From Pseudomonadota bacterium (GTDB lineage: Bacteria; Pseudomonadota; Alphaproteobacteria; Sphingomonadales; Sphingomonadaceae), in assembly GCA_029781465.1 (NCBI GenBank), contig JAKOWQ010000392.1, forward strand, positions 1 to 38,418: 38,418 nucleotides of DNA, in the 5' to 3' direction. The notes beneath the pieces are model-generated. The model made no database searches and had not been told where the DNA came from. It worked only from the letters and a program-made list of their open reading frames with translations. Of the stretch, positions 9,238-19,544 are shown one piece after another (the first letter of the stretch is position 1; each line of letters starts with the position of its first letter). The translations under genes were made by a program, and so were the position numbers.

Positions 9238-10320
9238 GTGGAGCGGTTCGATTTCGTCATTGTCGGGGCGGGAATTGCCGGGGCTTCGCTGGCTGCCGGG
9301 CTGGCGCCGCACGGCAGCGTGCTGGTGATCGAGGCGGAGGAGAGGCCCGGATACCACGCCACCGGACGCTCGGCAGCGTTCTGGACCGAAAGCTATGGCG
9401 GGCCGCATGTTACGCCTTTGACCACCCGTTCGCGCCCCTTTCTCGAACGGCACGCTCTGCTGGGTCCGCGCGGAGCGCTGACCCTGGCCCGTGCGGACGA
9501 GGAGGCCGCGCGCGATGCCTTCGTCGCGGAATTCGCCGCACTGGGCGTGCGGATCGAGCCGCTGGACCGGCCTGCGCTCGCGGCGCGGCTGGACGGGCTT
9601 TCTCCGCAATGGACCCTGGGGGTGTGGGAGCCGGACTGTTTCGACATCGACGTAGCGGCGCTGCATCAGCTGTGGCTGGGCGAGGCCCGGCGGGGCGGGG
9701 CGGAGCTGCGCTGCCGGGCGCGGCTCGAACGGGCGCGGCGCCAAGGCCAGGATTGGCTGGTCGAGAGCGCGGACGGCAGCCGGATTCGCGCTGGGGTGCT
9801 GATCAATGCCGCCGGGGCCTGGGCGGACGAGGTGGCGCAGCGCGCGGGGGTGCGGCCACTGGGCTTCCAGCCGCTGCGCCGCACCATGCTGCAACTCCGG
9901 CTCGACCGGCCCGTTCCGGGTGACCTGCCGCTGGTTCTGGGGCTGGACGGGTCGTTCTATTTCCGCCCCGAATCCGGCAAGCTGTGGCTCAGCCCGCACG
10001 ATGAGATTCCCAGTCCGCCATGCGATGCCGCGCCCGAGGAGCTTGATGTGGCGATCGCGCTCGACCGGCTCGAGGGCGTGGTCGACTGGAAGGTTGCGGC
10101 GCTTGAGCACAAGTGGGCGGGGCTGCGCACCTTTTCACCCGATCGTCTGCCGGTCTACGGATTTGATCCAGAGGCGCCGGGCCTTTTCTGGTTTGCCGGG
10201 CAGGGCGGGTTCGGTATCCAGACTGCCCCTGCCGCCGCCGATCTGGCCGTGGGCCTGCTGCTAGGCGCGGTGGCCGGCGCGGTCGATCCGGCGCCTTTCG
10301 CGGCCAGCCGATTTCGCTAG
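9238..10320 (+). CDS. FAD-dependent oxidoreductase (DAO/glycine oxidase family)
   Basis: Rossmann VIVGAGIAG, GYHATGRSAA, INAAGAWAD, WAGLRTFSPD, GQGGFGIQ. GTG start. Confidence 0.88.
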   Translation: MERFDFVIVGAGIAGASLAAGLAPHGSVLVIEAEERPGYHATGRSAAFWTESYGGPHVTPLTTRSRPFLERHALLGPRGALTLARADEEAARDAFVAEFAALGVRIEPLDRPALAARLDGLSPQWTLGVWEPDCFDIDVAALHQLWLGEARRGGAELRCRARLERARRQGQDWLVESADGSRIRAGVLINAAGAWADEVAQRAGVRPLGFQPLRRTMLQLRLDRPVPGDLPLVLGLDGSFYFRPESGKLWLSPHDEIPSPPCDAAPEELDVAIALDRLEGVVDWKVAALEHKWAGLRTFSPDRLPVYGFDPEAPGLFWFAGQGGFGIQTAPAAADLAVGLLLGAVAGAVDPAPFAASRFR

Positions 10321-10383
10321 CGAATCAGGAATCTGCGGCTAGGCTGCTCCCTTGTCCTGGTCGCACATTCAAGGAGGACTGCG

Positions 10384-10560
10384 ATGGCTCACAAGTTTGA
10401 AATCTACAAGGACAAGGCCGGAGAGTTCCGGGTCCGCTTCAAGTACAACTCGGAAATCATGTTCTCGACCGAGGGCTATGCAAGCAAGGCCAGCGCGCAG
10501 AACGCGATCGATTCGATCAAGAAGAACGGTCCCGACGCGCCGGTCGAAGACAACAGCTAA
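10384..10560 (+). CDS. YegP/DUF1508 family small protein (58 aa; absent from the ORF track)
   Basis: Manual translation MAHKFEIYKDKAGEFRVRFKYNSEIMFSTEGYASKASAQNAIDSIKKNGPDAPVEDNS*; strong AGGAGG RBS at 10372. Confidence 0.88.
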   Translation: MAHKFEIYKDKAGEFRVRFKYNSEIMFSTEGYASKASAQNAIDSIKKNGPDAPVEDNS

Positions 10561-10572
10561 GGCTGTCTCAGC

Positions 10573-11010
10573 CTAGCCTGAAACGCTCAGCGCCGCATCG
10601 CTGGCAAGGCGATCGGCGCGTTCGTTTTCGGGATGACCGTCGTGGCCCTTGACCCAGATCCATTCGATCTTGTGGCGGCGGGTCGCGGCGTGAAGTTCCT
10701 GCCACAGGTCGGCGTTTAGCACCGGCTTCTTCTGGGCGTTCTTCCAGCCGTTTTTCTGCCAGCCAAAGATCCACCCGGTGATCCCGTCGATCACATAGCG
10801 GCTGTCGGTGTGGAGGCGCACCTCGCACGGCTGGGTCAGTGCTTCGAGCGCGCGGATCGCCGCGGTCAGCTCCATGCGGTTGTTGGTGGTGGCCGCTTCG
10901 CTGCCGGCCAGTTCCTTTTCATGATGCCCCATGCGCAGCACCACGCCCCAGCCGCCCGGGCCGGGGTTGCCCTTGCAGGCCCCATCGGTGAAGATTTCGA
11001 CCCGTTTCAC
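10573..11010 (-). CDS. rnhA: Ribonuclease HI
   Basis: [48 protein letters not shown] start overlaps the thrB stop (GTGA). Confidence 0.96.
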   Translation of the reverse strand: MKRVEIFTDGACKGNPGPGGWGVVLRMGHHEKELAGSEAATTNNRMELTAAIRALEALTQPCEVRLHTDSRYVIDGITGWIFGWQKNGWKNAQKKPVLNADLWQELHAATRRHKIEWIWVKGHDGHPENERADRLASDAALSVSG

Positions 11011-11990
11011 GCCGGATCGAACACCGCAGCATGGGCCGGGTCGGCGTAGAATTCCAGCCGCCGGGCAAAGGCCATCGGATCTTTCTTGACCACCAGCGCG
11101 TCGGCGGGGGTGTTGAGCCAATCCCAGGCGCGGCTCATGGTAAAGCGCAGCGCCGCGCCGCGCGCCAGCATGGGCAGTGCGGCGCGCTCGGCGACCGAGA
11201 GCGGGCGCACGCTTTCGTATCCAGCGAGCAGCGCGGCAGAGATTGCCGGATCAAAATCGCGCCCGGCGCCATCGAAACACCAGGCCGCGTGGGTCACCGC
11301 GACATCGTAGGCCAAGAGGTCGGTGCAGGCGAAGTAGAAGTCGATCAGCCCGGTAACCTTGTCGCCCAGCATGAGCACGTTGTCGGGAAACAGATCGGCG
11401 TGGATCACCCCGCGCGGCAGGCCGGTGGGCCAGCCGGCGGCGAGCAGCGGCAGTTCACGCTCAACCAGTTCGGCCAGGCCCGGATCGATCGCCATCAGTC
11501 CATCGTGCCCACAGCCCTCAACCAGACGCTGCCACTCGGCCAGGCCCATCGCATTGGCGCGGGCGGCGGGGAAATCGGCCGAGGCCAGGTGCATTTCCGC
11601 CAGCGCGGCGCCCACCGCGCGGGCCTGGGTAGCAGTGGGTTCGCTTAGCGAGACGCCGGGCAGGAATTCGATCAGCGCCACTGCCTTCTCACCCAGCTGG
11701 CGATACAGCGCACCGGTGCGATCGTGGATCGTGCGCGGCACCGCGCAGCCCTTGGCGGCAAGGTGATCGAGCAGTGAAAGAAAAAAGGGCAGGTCGGCGA
11801 TCTCGATGCGGAATTCGTACATCGTCAGGATGAAACGCGCGCCCGCACCGTGCTGGCCGGTGGTTTCGATCAGCCAATTGGAGTTGGAGACCCCTTCGGC
11901 GATGCCCTTGGCGCTGACCAGATCGCCCACGTCGTATTCGCCGATCAGCGCGGCCAGCACCTCGGCGCCGAGCTGGGTATAGACCGCCAT
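11007..11990 (-). CDS. thrB: Homoserine kinase type II
   Basis: MAVYT start, [27 protein letters not shown]; ispH-thrB-rnhA order. Confidence 0.94.
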   Translation of the reverse strand: MAVYTQLGAEVLAALIGEYDVGDLVSAKGIAEGVSNSNWLIETTGQHGAGARFILTMYEFRIEIADLPFFLSLLDHLAAKGCAVPRTIHDRTGALYRQLGEKAVALIEFLPGVSLSEPTATQARAVGAALAEMHLASADFPAARANAMGLAEWQRLVEGCGHDGLMAIDPGLAELVERELPLLAAGWPTGLPRGVIHADLFPDNVLMLGDKVTGLIDFYFACTDLLAYDVAVTHAAWCFDGAGRDFDPAISAALLAGYESVRPLSVAERAALPMLARGAALRFTMSRAWDWLNTPADALVVKKDPMAFARRLEFYADPAHAAVFDPA

Positions 11991-11993
11991 GGC

Positions 11994-12962
11994 TCAGCCC
12001 GCGCCTTCGAGCTGCTTGGGCAGCTTGAACACCATTTTCTCTTCGGCGGTGACCACCTGTTCGACCGAAACCGCGCGGAATTCGGCGATCCGTTCGATCA
12101 CTTCGCGCACCAGTTCTTCGGGGGCGGAGGCGCCGGCGGTCAGGCCCATCGTCTCGACCCCATCGAACCATTCCGGGGCAATGTCGGCGCCGCGCTGCAC
12201 CAGCCGTGCCGCCGCGCCGCAACGTTCGGCAACTTCGACCAGGCGCAGCGAGTTGGAGCTGTTGGGCGCGCCGATCACCAGCACCAGCTGGCACTGCGGG
12301 GCCAGGGTCTTTACCGCCGCCTGACGGTTGGAGGTGGCATAGCAGATGTCTTCGGCCTTGGGGCCGACGATCTGCGGATAACGTGCGCGCAGCGCCCGCA
12401 CGATGGCGGCGGTATCGTCGACCGAAAGCGTGGTCTGGGTCAGGAAGGCGAGCGGCGCATCGGCCGCGAAATCGAGCGCGACGACGTCGGCTTCGGTCTC
12501 GACCAGAGTGATCGTTCCCTCGGGCACCTGCCCCAGGGTGCCGATCACCTCGGGATGGCCCTTGTGGCCGATGAACACGATATGCCGTCCGCCCTCGATC
12601 TGGCGTTCGGCCTGACGGTGGACCTTGGAGACCAGCGGGCAAGTGGCATCGAGCCAGTCAAGCCCGCGCTTGCTGGCCGCGGCGGGCACTGCCTTGGGCA
12701 CGCCGTGGGCGCTGAACACCACCGGAACGCCGTCGGGAACCTCGTCAAGCTCCTCAACGAAGACCGCGCCCTTGGCCTTGAGCCCATCGACCACGAAGCG
12801 GTTGTGGACGATCTCGTGCCGGACATAGACCGGCGCGCCATAGCGCTTCAGTGCGCGCTCGACGATCTCGATCGCGCGGTCCACCCCGGCGCAAAATCCG
12901 CGCGGCGCGGCCAGCAACAGGCGCAAGGCAGGCATTTCGGTGTCGCTAAAGCTCGCGTTCAT
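11994..12962 (-). CDS. ispH: 4-hydroxy-3-methylbut-2-enyl diphosphate reductase
   Basis: [43 protein letters not shown]. Confidence 0.97.
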   Translation of the reverse strand: MNASFSDTEMPALRLLLAAPRGFCAGVDRAIEIVERALKRYGAPVYVRHEIVHNRFVVDGLKAKGAVFVEELDEVPDGVPVVFSAHGVPKAVPAAASKRGLDWLDATCPLVSKVHRQAERQIEGGRHIVFIGHKGHPEVIGTLGQVPEGTITLVETEADVVALDFAADAPLAFLTQTTLSVDDTAAIVRALRARYPQIVGPKAEDICYATSNRQAAVKTLAPQCQLVLVIGAPNSSNSLRLVEVAERCGAAARLVQRGADIAPEWFDGVETMGLTAGASAPEELVREVIERIAEFRAVSVEQVVTAEEKMVFKLPKQLEGAG

Positions 12963-13032
12963 CTCGGCCCCCCTAGCGCTTTGCCCCGCGCGCCGCTAGG
13001 GCATGCAATCTGTGAATCCCAAGGATGCCCCG

Positions 13033-13695
13033 ATGACTGCTCGAATTCGCCTGCTTTCCGCCCCGCTTCTCGCCCTGGCGCTCGTCGGCGCGCTCGAAGG
13101 CTGCCGTAGCAAGGGCGATATCGTTGTCGATGAAGGCGTGGGCATCACCGCGGTGCGCAGCGCTTGCCCGGCGGTGGGTATTCCCGACTACACCGGCGAT
13201 ATCACCGTGTTCCGCAACCCCGGCGATACCACCGCCGGCAATGTCGATCTGGTCGCATCGATGACCAAGGTTCGCAGCCAGTGCAACGATACCGGCGCCA
13301 AGGTCTATACCACCGTCTCGTTCGAGGTGAACGCGCGTCGCACCGATACGCGCGGTGCCCGTACCGTAACCCTGCCCTATTTCGTTACCGTGCTGCGCGG
13401 CGGAAGCGCGGTGGTGGCCAAGCGCAACGCGGCAGTGACGCTGACCTTTGCCGACGGTCAGGAACGCGCCACCGCCAGCGGCACCGGTTCGGCCTATGTC
13501 GACAAGGCCGAGGCCAGCCTGCCCGCCGACATCCGCCAGCGGATCACCCGCAAACGCCGCGGCGGCGATGCCGATGCCGCGGTCGATCCGCTCGCGCTGC
13601 CCGAAGTCAAGGCCGCGATCAAGCGCGCCACCTTCGACGTGCTGGTGGGCTTCCAGCTAGATCAGCAGCAGCTCAACTACAACGCCACGCGATGA
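13033..13695 (+). CDS. Putative lipoprotein of unknown function
   Basis: Hydrophobic signal with lipobox LEGC, Cys pair (CPAV...QC), host-like codon usage; divergent from ispH. Confidence 0.7.
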   Translation: MTARIRLLSAPLLALALVGALEGCRSKGDIVVDEGVGITAVRSACPAVGIPDYTGDITVFRNPGDTTAGNVDLVASMTKVRSQCNDTGAKVYTTVSFEVNARRTDTRGARTVTLPYFVTVLRGGSAVVAKRNAAVTLTFADGQERATASGTGSAYVDKAEASLPADIRQRITRKRRGGDADAAVDPLALPEVKAAIKRATFDVLVGFQLDQQQLNYNATR

Positions 13696-13697
13696 TG

Positions 13698-13723
13698 GCT
13701 CGCCCCTCACAGGGGTGAGCTTT
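13698..13723 (+). terminator. Hairpin after the lipoprotein gene (possible weak terminator)
   Basis: GCTCGCCCCT-CAC-AGGGGTGAGC followed by TTT. Confidence 0.5.
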
Positions 13724-13808
13724 CCGACCCGCCGCACGGCAGCCGTGCTTCCTCCTGCCCCGCGCGGGAGGATTTCCTTATTCGTGCAAACAGGCTAACC
13801 GCCCCGCC

Positions 13809-15611
13809 ATGACCCAGATCGCCACGATCCACGCCGCTTTCGCCGGCCACGTCCACACCGCGCTCGATGCGCTCGAAGCGGCCGGGATCCTTCCTGCCGG
13901 GCTGAACCGCGCGCCGGTTACGCTGGAGCCGCCGCGCGATCCCGCGCACGGCGATCTGGCCACCAACGCGGCGATGGTGCTGGCCAAGGGCGCGGGGATG
14001 AACCCGCGCGCCCTGGCCGAGGCGCTGGTGGGCGAGCTGACCAGGCTTGACGCGGTGATCGCCGCCGAGATCGCCGGACCCGGTTTCATCAACCTGCGCC
14101 TTGCCCCTGAGGTGTGGCTGGCGGAGCTGCGCGCGATCGCCGCGCTGGGGGCAGACTATGGCCGCTCGGCGATGGGCGGCGGCTCGGTGGTCAACGTCGA
14201 ATATGTCTCGGCCAACCCGACCGGGCCGATGCACATGGGCCATTGCCGCGGTGCGGTGGTGGGCGATGCGCTGGCCAGCCTGCTCGAATTTTCCGGACAC
14301 AAGGTGATCCGCGAATATTACGTCAACGATGCCGGCGGGCAGGTCGATCAACTCGCTAAGTCAGTGTTCTTGCGATATGCTCAACAGCTTGGGCACGAAG
14401 GGAATTTCACGACAGATCAATTCCCTTGGTTGAACTCTTTGTTTGTTGACTGGGAAAATCAGGGAGAGAACGCTCTCTATCCCGGCGACTATCTTGTGCC
14501 TGTGGCGAAGAGACTGACTGAGCTTCGCGGGCAAGAATTGCTTGAACTTGGGATCGACGATTGGCTTCCGATAGTTCGGCGCTTCGCCGTCGCGGCGATG
14601 CTCGATCAGATCAAGGACGATCTGGCGCTGCTGGGGATCCATCACGACCTGTTCTCGTCCGAGGCCGAATTGCAGGCGGCGGGCAAGCCGGAACAGGCGG
14701 AAGAGTGGCTGCGCGCGCACGATCTGGTCTATGACGGGCAGCTTGAGGCACCCAAGGGCAAGGCAGTGGAGGACTGGGAGCCGGTAGAGCTTCCGCTGTT
14801 CCGCTCGACCCGCTTCGGTGACGATCAGGACCGTCCGATCCGCAAGAGCGACGGTTCGTGGACCTATTTCGGCGCGGACCTTGCCTATCACTTCCAGAAG
14901 GCGGCCAGCGCCGATGCGCTGGTCGATATCTGGGGCGCCGACCATGCCGGGACGGTCAAGCGGATCAAGGCCGCCGTGGCGGCGATGACTGGCGCCGAGG
15001 GCAAGGCGCCCAAGCCCTTTGAGGTCAAGCTGGTGCAGATGGTCCAGCTGATGAAGGGCGGCCAGCCGTTCAAGATGTCGAAACGGGCGGGCAACTTCGT
15101 CACGCTGGCCGATGTGGTCGAAATGGTCGGCAAGGACGTGGTCCGCTTCACCATGCTGACCCGCAAGCCCGAAGCGCAGATGGACTTTGATTTCGACAAG
15201 GTGGTCGAAGCCTCGAAGGACAATCCGGTGTTCTACGTGCAATATGCCCATGCCCGGATCCGCTCGACCCTGCGCAAGGCGGCGGCGGAAGGCTTCGCTC
15301 CCGCGCCGGACGATCTCGATTTGCTGGGCGAGGAAGAGCTGGCGCTGGTCAAGCTTGCCGCGCAGTTCCCGCGTCTGGTCGAGGCGGCTGCTGCCGCGCG
15401 CGAGCCGCACCGGGTGGCATTCTTCCTGCACGACCTTGCGGCGGCCTTCCATGCCTACTGGAACCTGGGCAACGACCGCCCCGAAAAGCGCTTCATCGTG
15501 GCACAAGATGGTAAACTGACCGCAGCAAGGCTTTATCTTGCCAGCCAAATCGGGCAACTTGTCCGCAATGGCCTCGCGCTGCTGGGCGTCGAGGCGGTTG
15601 AGGAGATGTGA
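13809..15611 (+). CDS. argS: Arginine--tRNA ligase
   Basis: VEYVSANPTGPMHMGH (HIGH), YYVNDAG, WGADHAG, KMSKRAG, YVQYAHARI, C-terminal EEM. Confidence 0.97.
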   Translation: MTQIATIHAAFAGHVHTALDALEAAGILPAGLNRAPVTLEPPRDPAHGDLATNAAMVLAKGAGMNPRALAEALVGELTRLDAVIAAEIAGPGFINLRLAPEVWLAELRAIAALGADYGRSAMGGGSVVNVEYVSANPTGPMHMGHCRGAVVGDALASLLEFSGHKVIREYYVNDAGGQVDQLAKSVFLRYAQQLGHEGNFTTDQFPWLNSLFVDWENQGENALYPGDYLVPVAKRLTELRGQELLELGIDDWLPIVRRFAVAAMLDQIKDDLALLGIHHDLFSSEAELQAAGKPEQAEEWLRAHDLVYDGQLEAPKGKAVEDWEPVELPLFRSTRFGDDQDRPIRKSDGSWTYFGADLAYHFQKAASADALVDIWGADHAGTVKRIKAAVAAMTGAEGKAPKPFEVKLVQMVQLMKGGQPFKMSKRAGNFVTLADVVEMVGKDVVRFTMLTRKPEAQMDFDFDKVVEASKDNPVFYVQYAHARIRSTLRKAAAEGFAPAPDDLDLLGEEELALVKLAAQFPRLVEAAAAAREPHRVAFFLHDLAAAFHAYWNLGNDRPEKRFIVAQDGKLTAARLYLASQIGQLVRNGLALLGVEAVEEM

Positions 15612-16336
15612 CGATGATCGGCAGCGACCACGACCGTGAGGACCAGTCCGGCGAGGATTGGGACAGCCACGACGACGAGCCGCTGGAAACCGAGCAGCTC
15701 GAACTCGATGATGAGGATGAGCGCCTTCCCTGGCTCGAATCGTCCGAAGATGAAGAGGAATATGAGGGCTACGGGGGCAGCGACACCGGGCGGATGGTGC
15801 TGATGTTCGTCGCCGCCGTGGCGCTGCTCGCGGCGATCGTGTTCGGGATCTACAAGTTCACCCACCGCGGCCCCGATCCGGCGCTGGTTGCCGACGGTTC
15901 GACTATTCCAGCCCCCGAAGGCCCCTACAAGGAAGTGCCCAAGGATCCCGGCGGCAAGACCTTCGACGGCACCGGGGATTCGAGCTTTGCGGTCTCCGAA
16001 GGGCAGAACCGTCCGGCGCGCTTGGGCGACGGCACCCCGCCGGCTCCCGCCGCATCCGCTTCGCCCGCACCGGGCGCGGCGGCCCCTGCCGCTCCGGCGG
16101 GCGGAGTCGGGGTTCAGGTCGGCGCCTTCTCTTCGCAGGCGGCGGCCGAGGCCGGGTGGAACAAGCTGGTCGGCCAGTCGGGCGGGGCGCTTTCGGGCGT
16201 GGCGCACCGGGTCGTTGCGGGTCAGGCCGATATCGGCACGGTCTATCGGCTTCAGGCTGTAGCGAGCGATGCCGGTGCGGCCAGCGCGCTGTGCGGCAAG
16301 CTCAAGGGTGCGGGCATTTCCTGCCAGGTGAAGTAG
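15608..16336 (+). CDS. SPOR-domain bitopic membrane protein, FtsN-like
   Basis: Acidic N-terminus with LPWLE, single TM helix, Pro/Ala linker, C-terminal SPOR (VQVGAFSS...C..LK..GISC); position downstream of argS as for alphaproteobacterial ftsN. Confidence 0.82.
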   Translation: MTMIGSDHDREDQSGEDWDSHDDEPLETEQLELDDEDERLPWLESSEDEEEYEGYGGSDTGRMVLMFVAAVALLAAIVFGIYKFTHRGPDPALVADGSTIPAPEGPYKEVPKDPGGKTFDGTGDSSFAVSEGQNRPARLGDGTPPAPAASASPAPGAAAPAAPAGGVGVQVGAFSSQAAAEAGWNKLVGQSGGALSGVAHRVVAGQADIGTVYRLQAVASDAGAASALCGKLKGAGISCQVK

Positions 16337-16406
16337 TCCCCGCAATCCACATTCGCACCGGCGCGCGCGCTTGCACTGACTGCGCGTTGCTGCGACGTTG
16401 CTGCCT

Positions 16407-17420
16407 ATGATTCCCGCGATCTTCGGCCTTTCCGAAACCGTGCTGGGCGCAGAGGAGCGCGCTTTTTTCCGCGCCGCCGATCCGGCGGGCTACATCCTGT
16501 TCGGACGCAATGTCGAAAGCCGCGAGCAGCTGCGCGCGCTGACCGATACGCTGCGCGAAATTCACGGGCGCGACCGGCTGCTGATCTCGATCGACCAGGA
16601 GGGCGGACGGGTGGCGCGGATGCAGCCGCCGGTCTGGGCGAAGTGGCCGGCGGGCGCCGCTTTTGACCGGCTCTACGATCTGGCCCCGGCCAGCGCGATC
16701 GAGGCGGCGCGGCTCAATTACGAGGCGATGGGTCACGATCTGGCCGAAGCGGGGATCACGTGCACCCACGCGCCCGTGCTCGATGTGCAGCAGGCAGGCG
16801 CGCACGACGTGATCGGTGACCGGGCGCTGGGACATGAGCCGCTGCGGGTTGCCGCGCTGGGCCGCGCGGTGCTCGACGGGCTGGCCCGGGCGGGAGTGCT
16901 GGGCACGATCAAGCATATGCCCGGCCACGGCCGCGCGGGAGCGGACAGCCACAAGGAACTGCCCACTGTTACCGCCAGCGATGCCGAGCTTGAACGCGAT
17001 ATCGCTCCGTTCCGGGCGCTGGCCGATGCTCCGATCGCGATGACCGGCCATATCCGTTTCACTGCCTGGGACGATCGGAATCCGGCCACCCAATCGCCCT
17101 TCGTGGTGGAGGAGATCATCCGCAAGCGGATCGGCTTTGGCGGGCTGCTGCTGACCGATGATCTCGACATGGAGGCGCTTTCGGGCACGGTTCCCGAGCG
17201 GGCGCGGCGCGCGCTCGATGCCGGGTGCGATATCGCGCTCAATTGCTGGGGGCGGATCGCAGACATGGAAGGCATCGCCGCGCTTTGCCCGGATATCACC
17301 GATGCAGGTGCCGCGCGGCTTGAAGCGGCGCTGGGTGCGATCCGGCTCGATGGCGCGGCCGGGCGCCAGGCCGAACTGCTGGCCGCTCGCGATGCCCTGC
17401 TCGGATTGATGGCGGCATGA
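16407..17420 (+). CDS. nagZ: Beta-N-acetylhexosaminidase (GH3)
   Basis: IDQEGGRV, KHMPGHG, DSH and TDDLDM motifs. Confidence 0.93.
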   Translation: MIPAIFGLSETVLGAEERAFFRAADPAGYILFGRNVESREQLRALTDTLREIHGRDRLLISIDQEGGRVARMQPPVWAKWPAGAAFDRLYDLAPASAIEAARLNYEAMGHDLAEAGITCTHAPVLDVQQAGAHDVIGDRALGHEPLRVAALGRAVLDGLARAGVLGTIKHMPGHGRAGADSHKELPTVTASDAELERDIAPFRALADAPIAMTGHIRFTAWDDRNPATQSPFVVEEIIRKRIGFGGLLLTDDLDMEALSGTVPERARRALDAGCDIALNCWGRIADMEGIAALCPDITDAGAARLEAALGAIRLDGAAGRQAELLAARDALLGLMAA

Positions 17421-18223
17421 GCGGTGACACCCTGATCGACGGTCCCGCGATCACCCTGCCCGAGGACGATTGGCAGGGTATTGGCACCGCGGCGAGCGAG
17501 GATGCCGCGCTCTACCTCGAACTCGACGGCTGGGAAGGGCCGCTCGACCTGCTGCTCGATCTGGCGCGGCGGCAAAAGGTCGATCTCAGGCGGATCTCGA
17601 TCCTTGAGCTGGTTGACCAGTATCTCACCTATATCGAGCGCGCCGAGGCGCTGCGGCTCGAGCTGGCGGCGGACTATCTGGTGATGGCTGCCTGGCTGGC
17701 CTACCTCAAATCGGCGCTGCTGCTCCCGCGCGAGGAGCAGGAAGAGCCGAGCGCCGAGGAACTGGCGCTGCGCCTGCAACTTCGGCTTCAGCGGCTGGCG
17801 GCGATGCGCGATGCTGCCGCGCGGTTGATGGGGCGTGACCGGCTGGGCCGCGATGTGTTCGCGCGGGGCGCGCCCGAGGGGCTGCGGGTCGATCGCAAGA
17901 ACAAGTGGCAGTGTGACTGGTTCGCGCTGGTCCAGGCCTATGGCCAGGTCAAGGCGCGCACCCAGCCGGTGGTGCACATGGTGCGCGACCGGATGGTGAT
18001 GACGCTCGATTCGGCGCTGGCGCGGGTGTCCTCTATGCTGGGCGTAACGCTTGACTGGATGGAGCTGGGCGAGTTCCTGCCCGCGCATTCCGATCCGCGC
18101 CTGAGGCGTTCGGCCATGGCCTCAAGCTTCGTTGCCGCGCTCGAGCTGGCGCGGCTGGGCAAGGCCGAGCTGCGCCAGGACGAAGTGTTCGGGCCGCTGC
18201 ACCTGCGCGGGATCAAGGCATGA
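17417..18223 (+). CDS. scpA: Segregation and condensation protein A
   Basis: EGPLDLLLDL, AADYLVMAAWLAYLKS, SFVAALEL. Confidence 0.94.
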   Translation: MSGDTLIDGPAITLPEDDWQGIGTAASEDAALYLELDGWEGPLDLLLDLARRQKVDLRRISILELVDQYLTYIERAEALRLELAADYLVMAAWLAYLKSALLLPREEQEEPSAEELALRLQLRLQRLAAMRDAAARLMGRDRLGRDVFARGAPEGLRVDRKNKWQCDWFALVQAYGQVKARTQPVVHMVRDRMVMTLDSALARVSSMLGVTLDWMELGEFLPAHSDPRLRRSAMASSFVAALELARLGKAELRQDEVFGPLHLRGIKA

Positions 18224-18828
18224 CCCAGCCAGACGATCTGGTCCGCGCGGTCGAGGCGACGCTGTTCGCCGCCGGGGAACCGATGAGCGCGGAGCAGATT
18301 TCCGCGCATCTGGGCGGCGCCAATGTGCGCGATGCCCTGGCCGAGCTGGCCGCGCACTATGAGGGGCGCGGGGTGCATCTGGTCGAGCGCGGCAAACGCT
18401 GGCATTTCCAGACTGCGGCCGATCTTGCCCACCTGCTGCGGCGCGAGAAGGAAGAAGTGCGCCGTCTGTCGCGCGCGGCGACCGAAGTGCTGGCGATCGT
18501 CGCCTATCACGAGCCGGTCAGCCGGGCCGAGATCGAGGCGATCCGGGGCGTGCAGACCGCCAAGGGCACGCTCGACGTGCTGATGGAGGCTGGCTGGGTG
18601 CGGATCGTCGGGCGCCGCGAGGTGCCGGGGCGCCCGGTGATCTATGCCACTACCCCCGATTTCCTGACCCATTTCGGCCTGGCAAGCCGCCGCGACCTGC
18701 CCGGGATCGACGAACTGCGCGCCGCCGGGCTGCTCGATCCGGTCGAAGATGCGCTGGCCGAGGCGATGGAAACCGCCGGAGAGGCCGAATCCGCAGAAGC
18801 GCCCGAGCAGGAAGAATCCGCCGACTGA
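18220..18828 (+). CDS. scpB: SMC-Scp complex subunit ScpB
   Basis: EATLFAA, LSRAATEVLAIVAYHEPVSRAEIEAIRGV, PGRPVIYATT. Confidence 0.95.
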   Translation: MTQPDDLVRAVEATLFAAGEPMSAEQISAHLGGANVRDALAELAAHYEGRGVHLVERGKRWHFQTAADLAHLLRREKEEVRRLSRAATEVLAIVAYHEPVSRAEIEAIRGVQTAKGTLDVLMEAGWVRIVGRREVPGRPVIYATTPDFLTHFGLASRRDLPGIDELRAAGLLDPVEDALAEAMETAGEAESAEAPEQEESAD

Positions 18829-18921
18829 CTGGCAAACCGGCGCAACATGTCCTAGATGGGGAGAACAGGGGATCGTGCCGGCGCAATGTGCCGCGCCCCG
18901 CAGTGGTTCAGGAGTTCAAAG

Positions 18922-19152
18922 ATGGGTCTGTCGCTTCCGCACCTGGTAGTGCTCGCGCTGGTGGTGCTCGTGCTGTTCGGCCGCGGCCGGATTTCCGAAA
19001 TGATGGGTGATTTCGGCAAGGGCATCAAGAGCTTCAAGCAAGGCATGGCCGATGAGGCCGCGCCCCAGCCGCCCGCGCAGCAGATCCCGCCGCCCGCCGC
19101 CGCGCCCGCCGAACAGGCCAAGGACGCCAGCAACACCGCGAATCCTCAGTAA
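18922..19152 (+). CDS. tatA: Twin-arginine translocase TatA
   Basis: TM helix, FG hinge, amphipathic [12 protein letters not shown]; GGAG RBS before ATG 18922. Confidence 0.94.
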   Translation: MGLSLPHLVVLALVVLVLFGRGRISEMMGDFGKGIKSFKQGMADEAAPQPPAQQIPPPAAAPAEQAKDASNTANPQ

Positions 19153-19181
19153 GCGGCGCCAGGAGGCGCGGGCGGCAGGCC

Positions 19182-19544
19182 ATGTTCGACATCGGCTGGG
19201 ACGAAATGCTGTTCACGGTGATCGTCGCGATCGTCGTGATTGGTCCCAAGGATTTGCCGCGCGCGCTGCGCACCGCCGGGCGCTGGATCGGCAAGGTGCG
19301 CCGGGTTTCGGGCCATTTCCGTTCTGGGATCGAAACCATGATCCGCGAGGCCGAGCTGGCGGACATGGAAAAGCAGTGGAAGGAACAGAACGCGGCGATC
19401 ATGGCCGCGCATCCCGCTCCTTCGGGTGCGGAGGCCGCGCTGCCCGATCCGGGCATGACCTTTGCCGAACCGCTCCAGCCAGATACGCCCCCTGCGGCTC
19501 AGCCGGAGCCTGAGACGCCGTCCGACCCGGCCAAGGAAGGCTGA
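19182..19544 (+). CDS. tatB: Twin-arginine translocase TatB
   Basis: MFDIGWDEM...VVIGPKDLP motif. Confidence 0.95.
   Translation: MFDIGWDEMLFTVIVAIVVIGPKDLPRALRTAGRWIGKVRRVSGHFRSGIETMIREAELADMEKQWKEQNAAIMAAHPAPSGAEAALPDPGMTFAEPLQPDTPPAAQPEPETPSDPAKEG

Noticed and set aside
15505-15575. Second lower-GC stretch near the argS 3' end
   Set aside because: Short, protein sequence looks typical, and it may reflect an internal promoter for the downstream SPOR gene or noise.
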